Virus genome (UHGV): UHGV-0027446
DNA length: 44,346 nucleotides
From: a virus
Strand: one strand, 5' to 3'
In this document: positions 32,159-41,016 of the stretch, piece by piece
Numbering within the stretch: the first letter of the stretch is position 1
How the letters are laid out: each line of letters begins with the position of its first letter
Notes under the pieces: model-generated
Seen by the model: only the letters and a program-made list of their open reading frames with translations
What the model was told of the DNA's origin: nothing
Databases searched by the model: none
Made by a program: the position numbers and the translations under genes

Positions 32159-32863
32159 ATGAATCGTTTTTTACGCTATCCGTTCCAGGAAGAAGCTGGG
32201 GCAGAAGATAAATCCGGCGGCGGTGACGCTCCGAAAATGTTCACCGCTGAAGAAGTTCAGGCACTGATTGAGAAAGAAGTTGCCGGGCTTAAGGCTAATC
32301 AGGAAGCATTGCTGGCGGAGAAGAAAGAAGCCGCCCGTAAAGCAAAAGAGGCCGAAGAAGAACGGCAGCGCGCGCACCAGGAGGCGTTAAAAGCCGCTGG
32401 TAAGATGGACGAGTTCGAAAAGACGATCCGTAGCCAGTATGACCCGGTGTTGGCCGAGAAAGATGGACGCATCTCCAGAATGGCAGAGCGCATCCTTGGC
32501 AGCGAACGTAAAGCGGTGTTAGGCTCTTTCGCGGGCGACTTTATCACCCCGGAGGCAGTAGACATTCTCGCACCGTTCGTTAAGACTGAGTTCGAAGGCG
32601 ATGACGTGGTTACTAAATTTGTTGGCGCAGATGGCAACGTAATCACGACTGACCCGGAACAGTTCCGCAAATACCTGCGTGAACACAAAGCGTTTTCGCA
32701 TTTGATTAAAGCAAATGCAGCTTCCGGCGGCGGGGCTCCCGGTAGCAAAGGCGGCGGGGCCGCACCAGCGTTTAAAGACATGAGTGAAGCGGAGCGTATT
32801 GCTCTGTACGAATCGAACCCTGCCGAATTTGAACGGCAACTTAAAGCCCTGAGGAAAAAATAA
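32159..32863 (+). CDS. putative scaffolding protein
   Basis: Directly upstream of major capsid gene; Ala/Glu/Lys-rich predicted coiled coil. Confidence 0.5.
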   Translation: MNRFLRYPFQEEAGAEDKSGGGDAPKMFTAEEVQALIEKEVAGLKANQEALLAEKKEAARKAKEAEEERQRAHQEALKAAGKMDEFEKTIRSQYDPVLAEKDGRISRMAERILGSERKAVLGSFAGDFITPEAVDILAPFVKTEFEGDDVVTKFVGADGNVITTDPEQFRKYLREHKAFSHLIKANAASGGGAPGSKGGGAAPAFKDMSEAERIALYESNPAEFERQLKALRKK

Positions 32864-33912
32864 TGGCAATTACTACTATTGGCGATATCGTAACTGGTAA
32901 AGAATCGGTAATCCTGTCTTACATGACAGAGGATCCGGTAGAAAAAACCGCGTTTTTCCAGTCCGGTATTCTGACCCCAACTCCGTACGCCGCCGCTATC
33001 GCAAACGGCCCGTCCAACAAAGCTGTTCTGCCGTACTGGAAAGCGATTGATACCTCTATCGAGCCGAACTACTCGAACGACGTATATCAGGACGTCGCCA
33101 CCCCGCGTAACGTGCAGACCGGTGAGATGGATGTTCGCGTAGCTTACCTGAACGAAGGTTTTGGTCAGGCGGATTTGACTGTCGAACTGACCAGCCAGAA
33201 TCCGCTGCAATCCGTAGCGTCCCGTCTGGATAACTTCTGGCAACGTCAGGCACAACGCCGTCTGATTGCTACCGCGCTCGGTCTGTACAACGACAACGTA
33301 GCCGCTACCGATGCTTACCACGAGCAGAACGACATGGTTGTAGACGTGTCCGCCACTCTAGGCTTCGACTCCGGCGCGTTCATCGATGCTACTCAGACTA
33401 TGGGTGATGCGCTGATGGGCAACGGCGGTGAAGTTCTCGGTGCTATCGCGATGCACAGCTTCGTTTATGCGCAGGCTCGTAAGCAGCAGCTTATTGACTT
33501 CATCCGTGACGCTGACAACAACACCATGTTCGCCACCTACCAGGGCTACCGTGTGATTGTTGACGACAGCATGACCGTAGTTGGCTCCGGCTCGAGCCGC
33601 AAGTTCATTTCCATCATCTTCGGCAACGGCGCTATCGGTTACGGTGAAGGCAACCCAACCAATCCGCTGGCATACGAGCGCGAAGAGTCCCGCGGCAACG
33701 GCGGCGGTGCAGAAACACTGTGGACCCGTAAGACCTGGCTGCTGCATCCGTTGGGCTACAGCTTCACCAGCGCAGTAATCACCGGCAACGGCACCGAGAC
33801 TGTCGCCCGCTCTGCTTCCTGGCAGGACCTGGCGAATGCCTCAAACTGGAACCGTGTTGTTGAGCGTAAGCATGTACCGATTGCCTTCCTGGTAACTGGT
33901 GTCGGGGCTTAA
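32863..33912 (+). CDS. major capsid protein
   Basis: 349-codon ORF after scaffold gene, ATG overlapping previous stop, followed by strong terminator. Confidence 0.75.
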   Translation: MAITTIGDIVTGKESVILSYMTEDPVEKTAFFQSGILTPTPYAAAIANGPSNKAVLPYWKAIDTSIEPNYSNDVYQDVATPRNVQTGEMDVRVAYLNEGFGQADLTVELTSQNPLQSVASRLDNFWQRQAQRRLIATALGLYNDNVAATDAYHEQNDMVVDVSATLGFDSGAFIDATQTMGDALMGNGGEVLGAIAMHSFVYAQARKQQLIDFIRDADNNTMFATYQGYRVIVDDSMTVVGSGSSRKFISIIFGNGAIGYGEGNPTNPLAYEREESRGNGGGAETLWTRKTWLLHPLGYSFTSAVITGNGTETVARSASWQDLANASNWNRVVERKHVPIAFLVTGVGA

Positions 33913-33928
33913 GGTTAAGCTATAATCG

Positions 33929-33956
33929 AGAGGGACTTCGGTCCCTCTTTTCATTT
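33929..33956 (+). terminator. rho-independent terminator
   Basis: AGAGGGAC-TTCG-GTCCCTCT followed by TTTCATTT. Confidence 0.5.
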
Positions 33957-33971
33957 ACTAAGAGGTAAATT

Positions 33972-34271
33972 ATGGCCAAGACCGGAAAAGGCTTGCCGCG
34001 CAGCCTTCAGAATGTCGATTTCGGCGACTTTGATATCCCAGTCACGCCTGCTACTACCAGCGTAGTTGGTGGGGTTAAAAAGTCAGCTACTGTGGCTGCA
34101 CCTGCGGCCATTACCGCCGCCGCCGGAGTTCAGGCCGCCGCAGACCCGACTAAGGCGGAGTTTGATGCGCTTGTAGCAGAGTACAATAAACTCCGAACCG
34201 ATGTTACCGCGCTGCGAACTACCGTAGCAAATCTGCTGACTGCGCTTAAAAACGCAGGAACTGTAAGCTAA
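33972..34271 (+). CDS. hypothetical head protein (Ala-rich)
   Basis: ORF after capsid gene with AGAGG SD. Confidence 0.4.
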   Translation: MAKTGKGLPRSLQNVDFGDFDIPVTPATTSVVGGVKKSATVAAPAAITAAAGVQAAADPTKAEFDALVAEYNKLRTDVTALRTTVANLLTALKNAGTVS

Positions 34272-34283
34272 AGGAGCTTAAAA

Positions 34284-34634
34284 ATGGTTGATGTAATTAA
34301 ACGTCGCATTACTGGTGTCTCCGACGACTCCCCGGCCGATGGTCAGGTAGAAATTGACATGGAGAATATTTCTCCGGCGTCTTTCTCTACCGCACTTGCG
34401 GCTACCACCGCAGTTACGGCAGGACAGACCATGACGCTGACCGTAGCAGTAACCGGAGGGGCCGAACCGTATTCATACCAGTGGTTCAAGAACAATAACG
34501 CCATCCCAGGCGCTACTGCCGCTACCTATGCTAAAGCGTCAACCACTACCGCCGATTCTGGCACGTATAAAGTGGTTGTGCAGGATGATTATGGTAATAT
34601 TATCTCCAGTAGCACCGTAGCAACTGTGTCTTAA
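34284..34634 (+). CDS. Ig-like domain protein (possible head decoration)
   Basis: YSYQWFKNNNAIPGATAATYAKA...SGTYKVVVQD Ig-like motif. Confidence 0.45.
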   Translation: MVDVIKRRITGVSDDSPADGQVEIDMENISPASFSTALAATTAVTAGQTMTLTVAVTGGAEPYSYQWFKNNNAIPGATAATYAKASTTTADSGTYKVVVQDDYGNIISSSTVATVS

Positions 34635-34670
34635 TACAACGGCCCTTCGGGGCCGTAATAAGGAAAGGTC

Positions 34671-34850
34671 ATGGCCGATAATTATGTAATCCGCGAAAAG
34701 TACACCCACGTTGATATTGTTGACGGTCAGGTGATGCCAGTTCGCGGTGTGGTAGGGGCTGATGAACTGGTTGCGACTCAACCGGACAACGAAGAAGCGC
34801 ACAACAACGGCGGTGGTGCTAAGCGTCGTCGCCGTAAATCAGAGGAATAA
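34671..34850 (+). CDS. small hypothetical protein (59 aa)
   Basis: Hand-translated MADNYVIREKYTHVDIVDGQ...; AGGAAAGG SD; just below track cutoff. Confidence 0.3.
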   Translation: MADNYVIREKYTHVDIVDGQVMPVRGVVGADELVATQPDNEEAHNNGGGAKRRRRKSEE

Positions 34851-34853
34851 TTT

Positions 34854-35366
34854 ATGCCGCTAATCGTGGAAGATGGGTCGATAGTACCCAACGCCGACAG
34901 TTACATTAGTCTGGCTGACGCCCGCGCGTTAGCGGCTAATTATGGCCTTGAGCTACCGGAAGACGATATCGCTGCCGAAGTTGCCTTACGTAACGGTGCC
35001 ACTTATGTCGGGCTGGCAGAACCGCAGATGTGTGGTCGTCGCGTATCCGCTGAACAGTCTCTCGCTTACCCACGCGCTGGCGTAACGTTGAATGGCTTCC
35101 CTGTAGCTAACAATGCCATTCCGAAACAGGTAATTCTTGCGCAGGTAATCGCGTCCGCCACGTACGGGGCGGGCACAGAAGTGCGTGCTAACTCGGACGG
35201 TCGCTCCGTGCAGACTGAGCGCGTGGAAGGTGCAGTTACCGTGACATACTTCAACAACGGCAACAGTGGGGCTACAACTGCGATTACCGCCGCTGACGAC
35301 GCCTTACGCCCGTTACTGTGTGGCGGTCTCAACAATGGCTTCTCGTTTAACGTGTACCGGGGTTAA
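34854..35366 (+). CDS. putative head-tail connector/adaptor protein
   Basis: Position between head and tail genes; assignment by synteny only. Confidence 0.35.
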   Translation: MPLIVEDGSIVPNADSYISLADARALAANYGLELPEDDIAAEVALRNGATYVGLAEPQMCGRRVSAEQSLAYPRAGVTLNGFPVANNAIPKQVILAQVIASATYGAGTEVRANSDGRSVQTERVEGAVTVTYFNNGNSGATTAITAADDALRPLLCGGLNNGFSFNVYRG

Positions 35367-35368
35367 AA

Positions 35369-35983
35369 ATGGCGAAGACTAAGTCAGAGATGTTTACTCT
35401 TATCGGCACGAACCTCCCCGATAACACCACCGGACTTATTACCCCGGCCGCATTGCGCGAGGTAATGACGCAGATGGCTGACTCGCCTATTTACGCCACT
35501 CCTGGCGTTAAAGAGGTTGAAGTTCTCCGTGCTGCGTCTACTGTAACCCAAGCGCCTACCGCAGTAGATACAGCGTTGCAGCTAACTTTCGGTGCTGCGC
35601 AGGGTAGCGCATCCGACCCGGTAATGGTTAATGCCGCAGGGCTGGTTACGTTCAATACCGCGGGTAACTACGCCGTTCGCATCAAGTTACAGGCGGGGCG
35701 CACCGGAGCGAGCGGAACGTCTATCCTGTTGTCCCGCATTCTTCTTAACGGCGCTCAGTACGGCTCGCCCGCCGCTACGAAACTGGTAAGCGCCGATACT
35801 ACAATCCCGATTGAGTCTCGCGTCGTTATCAACCCCACCGCAGGCCAGACGTTTGCCGTTCAGATTATGCGAGATAGTGCCGGAACTAACTTCGGCGGCG
35901 TATACCCGCAAGCGGCTACCGTAACCACATGGGGTACAGCGCCCTCCGCGCTACTGGTTATTTCGAGACTGGAGGCCGCGTAA
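35369..35983 (+). CDS. hypothetical structural protein
   Basis: ORF with ATG overlapping previous stop in neck region. Confidence 0.4.
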   Translation: MAKTKSEMFTLIGTNLPDNTTGLITPAALREVMTQMADSPIYATPGVKEVEVLRAASTVTQAPTAVDTALQLTFGAAQGSASDPVMVNAAGLVTFNTAGNYAVRIKLQAGRTGASGTSILLSRILLNGAQYGSPAATKLVSADTTIPIESRVVINPTAGQTFAVQIMRDSAGTNFGGVYPQAATVTTWGTAPSALLVISRLEAA

Positions 35984-36114
35984 TGCGTAAGATAATTAAT
36001 ATGTGGATTAACTCTGATTTTTTGTGGAAGTACGAATTTTTGGTATCAGTGTTTGCGCTGGTATCAACAACAGCTCTAATTATATTTTTAGCGGTTTGCG
36101 GGGAGTCAGCATGA
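35983..36114 (+). CDS. small membrane peptide (43 aa)
   Basis: Internal ATG of track ORF 35929..36114; FLVSVFALVSTTALIIFLAV hydrophobic segment. Confidence 0.25.
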   Translation: MRKIINMWINSDFLWKYEFLVSVFALVSTTALIIFLAVCGESA

Positions 36115-36470
36115 GCACCGCTTTCAGTAAACGTATGCAAGGCGTGGGTACGCGCCTGCTAACCAAATTCGGTAGTACGGTATCTCTTGTTCGCGCTGGA
36201 TCGAAAGTGTGGGATGAAGTTCTCGGCGAGTACGTCTGGTCCGCGAATGAAGTGTTGCCGTTGAGGGCCGTTCCGGTTCCGGTAAACGTGGGACTGGTAA
36301 ACGGTACGTCGATTCAGGCCGGTGACGTGATCGTTAAAACTGATTGCAGCGTCGTTCCGAAGATGGAAGACAAGGTGCAATTCGACGGCGGGCAATGGTC
36401 TGTCGTAGCCATCGAGAAGAAGATGGTTAATGGTGATGTCGTAGCCTACTTTATTCAGGTGAGAAAATGA
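36111..36470 (+). CDS. putative neck/head-closure protein
   Basis: GGGGAG SD before internal ATG of track ORF 36024..36470; synteny only. Confidence 0.4.
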   Translation: MSTAFSKRMQGVGTRLLTKFGSTVSLVRAGSKVWDEVLGEYVWSANEVLPLRAVPVPVNVGLVNGTSIQAGDVIVKTDCSVVPKMEDKVQFDGGQWSVVAIEKKMVNGDVVAYFIQVRK

Positions 36471-36862
36471 GTTTCGCGCTTGATGTCTCTAAGTTCGTGG
36501 AAAAGGCGAAGAAGAACCCTGAGAAGGTGATGCGTCAGGTGTCTATCAAGCTGTTTTCCGCTATCATAAAGGCGAGTCCGGTAGACACTGGTCGGTTTCG
36601 TATGAACTGGATGGCATCTGGTGGTGCTCCCGCGACCAGAACCACAGACGCTACGGATAAATCAGGAAACACAGCAGTCGGAAACGCTACGAGTTTCGTT
36701 CTGAAAGCTACAGACTGGCACGAGTTCACGCTGACAAATAATCTGCCGTATGCGCAACGACTGGAGTATGGCTGGTCGCAACAGGCCCCACAAGGCATGG
36801 TCAGGACTAATATATCGCGTTTCCAGCAACTCATTAACGAAGAAGCCAACAAGGTGAAATGA
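36467..36862 (+). CDS. tail completion protein (HK97 gp10-like)
   Basis: PVDTGRFRMNW ... LPYAQRLEYG matches gp10-family signature. Confidence 0.55.
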   Translation: MSFALDVSKFVEKAKKNPEKVMRQVSIKLFSAIIKASPVDTGRFRMNWMASGGAPATRTTDATDKSGNTAVGNATSFVLKATDWHEFTLTNNLPYAQRLEYGWSQQAPQGMVRTNISRFQQLINEEANKVK

Positions 36863-37275
36863 TGGGCTACTTTGAGGACTTAACAAAAGCGTTTGACGTG
36901 CCGCTGGTAGCCTTCGGAACCACCAACGGCATCAAGGTTGCGCTTGAAAACATCGACGCGCCGACGTCAACCGATACGCCGTATCTGGCGAGTTACATGT
37001 TACTGGCGGATACGGAACAGGCTGACTTATTCTTCACCGAGCAACGCTCTGGTATTTATCAGGTCGACATTAACTACGCATCGGTGAAAGGTAGCGCGCC
37101 AATCAATAAAATGGCAGACTTACTTAACACGGCGTTTAAAGCAGGTAAGTCATTTTCGCGTAACGACATCTGCGCCGAGGTTCAATCGGTTAGCCTGGGG
37201 CCGCTGATTGTAGAAAACGGATGGGCCAAACGGCCATTGTCAATTAACTTTATTGCATTCACCAAGAGGCTGTGA
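36859..37275 (+). CDS. putative tail terminator protein
   Basis: Immediately upstream of major tail protein gene; synteny only. Confidence 0.4.
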   Translation: MMGYFEDLTKAFDVPLVAFGTTNGIKVALENIDAPTSTDTPYLASYMLLADTEQADLFFTEQRSGIYQVDINYASVKGSAPINKMADLLNTAFKAGKSFSRNDICAEVQSVSLGPLIVENGWAKRPLSINFIAFTKRL

Positions 37276-37277
37276 AT

Positions 37278-38447
37278 ATGGCTACAACTCCTTTTAAGGG
37301 CGCGAATACCGCGCAATTCTATGTGGCGGAAGTGACCCCGGGCGTAACACCAAGTAACCCGGTATGGTCGCCGCTGCGCAATACTGGCGGCGTTCCCGCG
37401 GTAACCCGCGACGCGCTGACTTCCAACGAACTCGACGGCAGCCGAGAAACTACATCCATCCGCACTGGTAACAAACAGGTCAGCGGCGAGTATGCCATTG
37501 AGCTTAGCTCCCGTAGTCAGGATGATTTCCTTGCTGGTGCGATGACATCTACTTGGCAGGATGGTGTAACCTTATCCGCTGTTGGCATTACGGTAGACCC
37601 TGTAGCTAAAACCTTTACCCGCGCCACCGGCAGCTTCATTACTGACGGCGTAGAGGTCGGGGACCTTCTGTATTTTGACGCTTTAACCGGAGATAACTCT
37701 AAGCCGTTCATCGTTACTGCCGTAACAGCTACTGTGGTTACTGGTGCAGGCATTCAGCACACCCTTACCGCCGAAGGCCCTATTGAGACCGATGGAAAAA
37801 CTGGCGATAAACTGGAAACCGGTAACGCATGTAAGACGTTCTCCATCCTGACATGGTTCAAAGGACAGTGCGGGAACCCTGACGCGTACATGTTGACCAA
37901 AGGCGTGGAAATCTCCGGTTTTACTATCGAGCAGGCCGTAAACGCGATGGTGACAGGCAGCTTCCCGTTCATCGGTCTGAGTCAGGAAATTCTTACCGCG
38001 CCGCCAGCAGGTTCTGACTTCTCCCAGGTTACGTTCACCGATGAGCCGTTCTCGTCTGTAGATGTATCTGTGTTCGACGGTTCCACGCCGTTGCGTTGTG
38101 ATACTCTGACCATCACCAACGACAACGGCGCATCTGCTCAGTTCGAACTCGGCAACAGTAGCGTTGCGTTCGTGGAACGTGGTCGCGCGGCTAACACCTT
38201 CTCTATCTCCGGCAAGCTGTACGACATGGCGATGATTCAGAAGTTTATCAACGAACAGCAGGTGGAGATTAACTCTATTCTGGCCGGGGTAAACGGGGCT
38301 ATGTCTTTCAGCCTGAAACGCGCAGAACTTACGGCGGTTACACCAGAGATTGGTGGGCCAGAGTCAATCACTCAGTCCATCGAAGGCCAGGCAACCGGCA
38401 ATCAGTATCAGTCATCTATTGTTATCCAGCGTATCACCTACGCATAA
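37278..38447 (+). CDS. major tail (tube) protein
   Basis: 389-codon ORF upstream of chaperone and tape-measure genes; AAGAGG SD. Confidence 0.6.
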   Translation: MATTPFKGANTAQFYVAEVTPGVTPSNPVWSPLRNTGGVPAVTRDALTSNELDGSRETTSIRTGNKQVSGEYAIELSSRSQDDFLAGAMTSTWQDGVTLSAVGITVDPVAKTFTRATGSFITDGVEVGDLLYFDALTGDNSKPFIVTAVTATVVTGAGIQHTLTAEGPIETDGKTGDKLETGNACKTFSILTWFKGQCGNPDAYMLTKGVEISGFTIEQAVNAMVTGSFPFIGLSQEILTAPPAGSDFSQVTFTDEPFSSVDVSVFDGSTPLRCDTLTITNDNGASAQFELGNSSVAFVERGRAANTFSISGKLYDMAMIQKFINEQQVEINSILAGVNGAMSFSLKRAELTAVTPEIGGPESITQSIEGQATGNQYQSSIVIQRITYA

Positions 38448-38450
38448 AAC

Positions 38451-38476
38451 TAAGGCCCCGACAGGGGCCTTTTTCT
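38451..38476. terminator. bidirectional terminator (TAAGGCCCC-GACA-GGGGCCTT + T-run)
   Basis: Between major tail gene and convergent minus-strand cassette. Confidence 0.6.
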
Positions 38477-38706
38477 CACTCATCTATATTACTCCTGTAT
38501 TCCCGTAACTTCTCCAGACTTTCAATTGCCTCCGCTAAGTCTGTTACAGTGTCCTTGTGACCACGCAAGCCCATGCACAATAGCTTCTTTAACGCATGCT
38601 GTAGCGCCGGGTCGCGGATATCGAAGGCCCGTAGCACATCGTAAACGTCTACGGTCATAGTGGTGCCGTGAGTATTTGTCATTGTGCGGTTGTATTTTGA
38701 AGTCAT
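38476..38706 (-). CDS. hypothetical protein (cassette gene 3)
   Basis: VYDVLRAF...ALQHALKKLLCMGLRGHKD motif; ATGA coupled to phosphoesterase gene. Confidence 0.45.
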   Translation of the reverse strand: MTSKYNRTMTNTHGTTMTVDVYDVLRAFDIRDPALQHALKKLLCMGLRGHKDTVTDLAEAIESLEKLREYRSNIDE

Positions 38707-39833
38707 CCCAGCATCTCCGGTGAAATAGTTAAACGTGCGACCTCACCATATTCGGCGCTATAAGTAATTACATTTGCACTACGGCCTGACATCCACCCAC
38801 CGCGTGAGGCGTAGGCGTCTTTAGCCGCTAAGGTGCGGTGTTGCTCAACAATCATGTTACGGCTTTCTACAATCTTTTGGTGGTGCAGGTGGCCTACGTG
38901 GGCGTAGCTGTAAACGCTCCCGCCGAACGCTTTGCGGAACTTGGCAATCATAACTGGCTCTATAGCGTCGAATCGTGCTTTATGTCCGTGTGTAAAGAAT
39001 AGCGTTGTTTTGCCGTGTTGCACCATCTTGTAAACATCCGGCGACGTATCGACGAACACACGCGGCTCGTTGTCGTACAGCGTACTGAACATCTCAGCCA
39101 ACCAAATCATCCCCGATTCGTCGTGATTCCCTTGCACGATAAGCAAGCGAACATTTTTATGTTTAACGAGGGCCATATCGACAACACGGCGGACCATGCG
39201 AATCATGTAGCGGACCAGTTTCTGATAGCGCGTGTCAGCGTCAAGAACGTGGCCACTCGCTGGCGTAACGGCATCCAGACTATCGAAGTGCGCAAGGTCG
39301 CCCAGCAGATTAATAACTCCTGTTCCGGCATCCGGGGCTTTCTGGAATGCCGCGTCGAACCAGCGAGAGAACAGGTCTTCCGCAATCTTCATGTCCCAGT
39401 CGTCGCCGCTCTCGTCGGCCCATGCCAGCATACCGAGATGGAAATCGGATACAGTGTAAAGATTGAGTAGCTTGTCATCACGTTTGGCGCGTGCCGCTTT
39501 AACAGGCGCAACGGGGGTAATCTCCGACTTCATGCCTTCGATTACGGCTTTCATCAACTCTACCTGACGTTCGACATCGGTATCAGTCTTAACCCATTGC
39601 AGTTTAGTGTTGCCGAACTCGTCAACAAGTGACGACGTGCCTTTAATCTTGTAGCCGTCTGGCACGAGGTGGCTAACGTCACGCCCGTGGCCTACACCTT
39701 TCTTAGCCAGCTTCGCTTTACGGATACGAATAACGCGGTCCGAGATGCCGTATTTACGGGCGATGTCTACGTTCTTCATCCCGGCGTTCAATTCTTCCTG
39801 TAACTGTTCGTCGGTTATTTTCTTATGGGCCAT
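38703..39833 (-). CDS. HTH-fused calcineurin-like metallophosphoesterase (SbcD/Mre11-like)
   Basis: N-terminal NVDIARKYGISDRVIRIRKAKL HTH; motifs VSDFHLG, GDLAHFD, QGNHDE, HGH, GHLHH. Confidence 0.65.
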   Translation of the reverse strand: MAHKKITDEQLQEELNAGMKNVDIARKYGISDRVIRIRKAKLAKKGVGHGRDVSHLVPDGYKIKGTSSLVDEFGNTKLQWVKTDTDVERQVELMKAVIEGMKSEITPVAPVKAARAKRDDKLLNLYTVSDFHLGMLAWADESGDDWDMKIAEDLFSRWFDAAFQKAPDAGTGVINLLGDLAHFDSLDAVTPASGHVLDADTRYQKLVRYMIRMVRRVVDMALVKHKNVRLLIVQGNHDESGMIWLAEMFSTLYDNEPRVFVDTSPDVYKMVQHGKTTLFFTHGHKARFDAIEPVMIAKFRKAFGGSVYSYAHVGHLHHQKIVESRNMIVEQHRTLAAKDAYASRGGWMSGRSANVITYSAEYGEVARLTISPEMLG

Positions 39834-39872
39834 GCTTTACTTCCTCGTGTTTAGGATTTGTCTTATAGTAGC

Positions 39873-40064
39873 CTACTTCTCTTTCACGTTCGAGTTGCAA
39901 GCCCATATTAAAATAAATAACCACGGCAGCAGAACCCAACCAAGAAACAGGTTAGCCATGAATATAGCTAACTTCGCTTTATGGTTACGGAAGTACGCAA
40001 CCAGGAAAGGCGCGAAATAAGCGAGCAGTGCAAACAGAATTAAGGAAACTGGTAAACTGGACAT
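39873..40064 (-). CDS. superinfection-immunity (Imm)-like small membrane protein
   Basis: Two TM segments, LLAYFAPFLVAYFRNHKAKLAIFMANLFLGWVLLPWLFILIWA; internal ATG after AAGGGG. Confidence 0.5.
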   Translation of the reverse strand: MSSLPVSLILFALLAYFAPFLVAYFRNHKAKLAIFMANLFLGWVLLPWLFILIWACNSNVKEK

Positions 40065-40094
40065 TTTAAACCCCTTCATTGTTGGTGTAAGTGA

Positions 40095-40123
40095 ATAGTA
40101 CCCTATTATATTGGGGTACGCAA
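40095..40123 (-). promoter_or_regulatory. sigma70-type promoter, family B (TTGCGT-N17-TACTAT)
   Basis: Minus-strand TTGCGT accccaatataataggg TACTAT driving the cassette. Confidence 0.5.
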
Positions 40124-40231
40124 GTAATGTGATAGAATAATTTTGCGCCTAGTGTCGCACACGAAAAGCGGGTGGTTCCCGTCTGGCGCATTTATCGTTA
40201 ACCTGTAACCTCTTAACCAAAGGATTAAAGA

Positions 40232-40651
40232 ATGAAACTTTCTGATTTCTATTTCGAAGAGAAAGCGCTGGTAGGCAAGAAGATGCCGATTCTGCTACCA
40301 AACGGTGAAGACTCCGGTGAGTGGCTTAATGTGGTAAGCCCTGACGCGGATGTCGCCGTTAAAGCGGGGCGTGCTTTCATTATCGCGTACCGCCGCGGGC
40401 TGGCGCGTTTTGAAGAACTGGAAAAAGCTGCCAAAGAATCCGGCGACTATACTGAATATAACCTGGCGATTAATGAACTAGCGGAAGACCTCAACCGGCA
40501 ACTCGCGGCAGAAGTCGTAAACGGCTGGAGCTTTGACGACGAGCCTTTCTCTAAGGAAGCGTTTAACAAATTGCTCGACCAGTTCAAAGGTCTTGGAACC
40601 CAGGTTGCAGCGTTCCATAACGCCGAGCGCAAAACATTACAGGAAAAGTAG
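40232..40651 (+). CDS. tail assembly chaperone (gpG-like)
   Basis: AAAGGA SD; position immediately before -1-frame ORF and tape measure gene. Confidence 0.55.
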   Translation: MKLSDFYFEEKALVGKKMPILLPNGEDSGEWLNVVSPDADVAVKAGRAFIIAYRRGLARFEELEKAAKESGDYTEYNLAINELAEDLNRQLAAEVVNGWSFDDEPFSKEAFNKLLDQFKGLGTQVAAFHNAERKTLQEK

Positions 40652-41016
40652 ACGCGCTGTACAGGTTCGCCACCTACGAGTTTGTGGATAAGCATAAAAT
40701 CAGAGAGTTTGATTCTATAGCTGACGGTCACGAACAGGCGCTTATCGCGATGGGTGTAATCGATAAGAAAAAACGTGCAGCGCGACGGGGTGGGCCAGAA
40801 TGCCCGCCCCTTTTTATATCCACCTTTGAGACGTACTGTGACATTAAGTTTACGCGACACGTGCGCGAGGACGCTGTAGTATTGTTCGCAAGAGAATCCG
40901 TTACGTGGCAAGACCTGAAAGCCTATCTCGATGTTACGCAAAAACAGCTTAGCCTGTTCGAGATAGACATTATCATGGGCTTAGAAGCAATCTTTGAAGG
41001 TAGAAATCATGGCTGA
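40621..41016 (+). CDS. tail assembly chaperone frameshift extension (gpT-like, -1 frame)
   Basis: -1 frame open from 40621 overlapping last 10 codons of G; no SD before first in-frame start codon (GTG 40684); ends overlapping tape-measure ATG. Confidence 0.4.
   Translation, partial: RRAQNITGKVDALYRFATYEFVDKHKIREFDSIADGHEQALIAMGVIDKKKRAARRGGPECPPLFISTFETYCDIKFTRHVREDAVVLFARESVTWQDLKAYLDVTQKQLSLFEIDIIMGLEAIFEGRNHG

Noticed and set aside
32299-33321. 340-codon minus-strand ORF opposite the scaffold and major capsid genes
   Set aside because: Antisense to well-supported structural genes, low-complexity Ser/Arg/Ala-rich translation, no SD or promoter; typical spurious antisense frame.
34639-34656. 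Hairpin ACGGCCC-TTCG-GGGCCGT after the Ig-like head protein gene
   Set aside because: GC-rich stem present but no U-run follows on either strand, so not called as a terminator.
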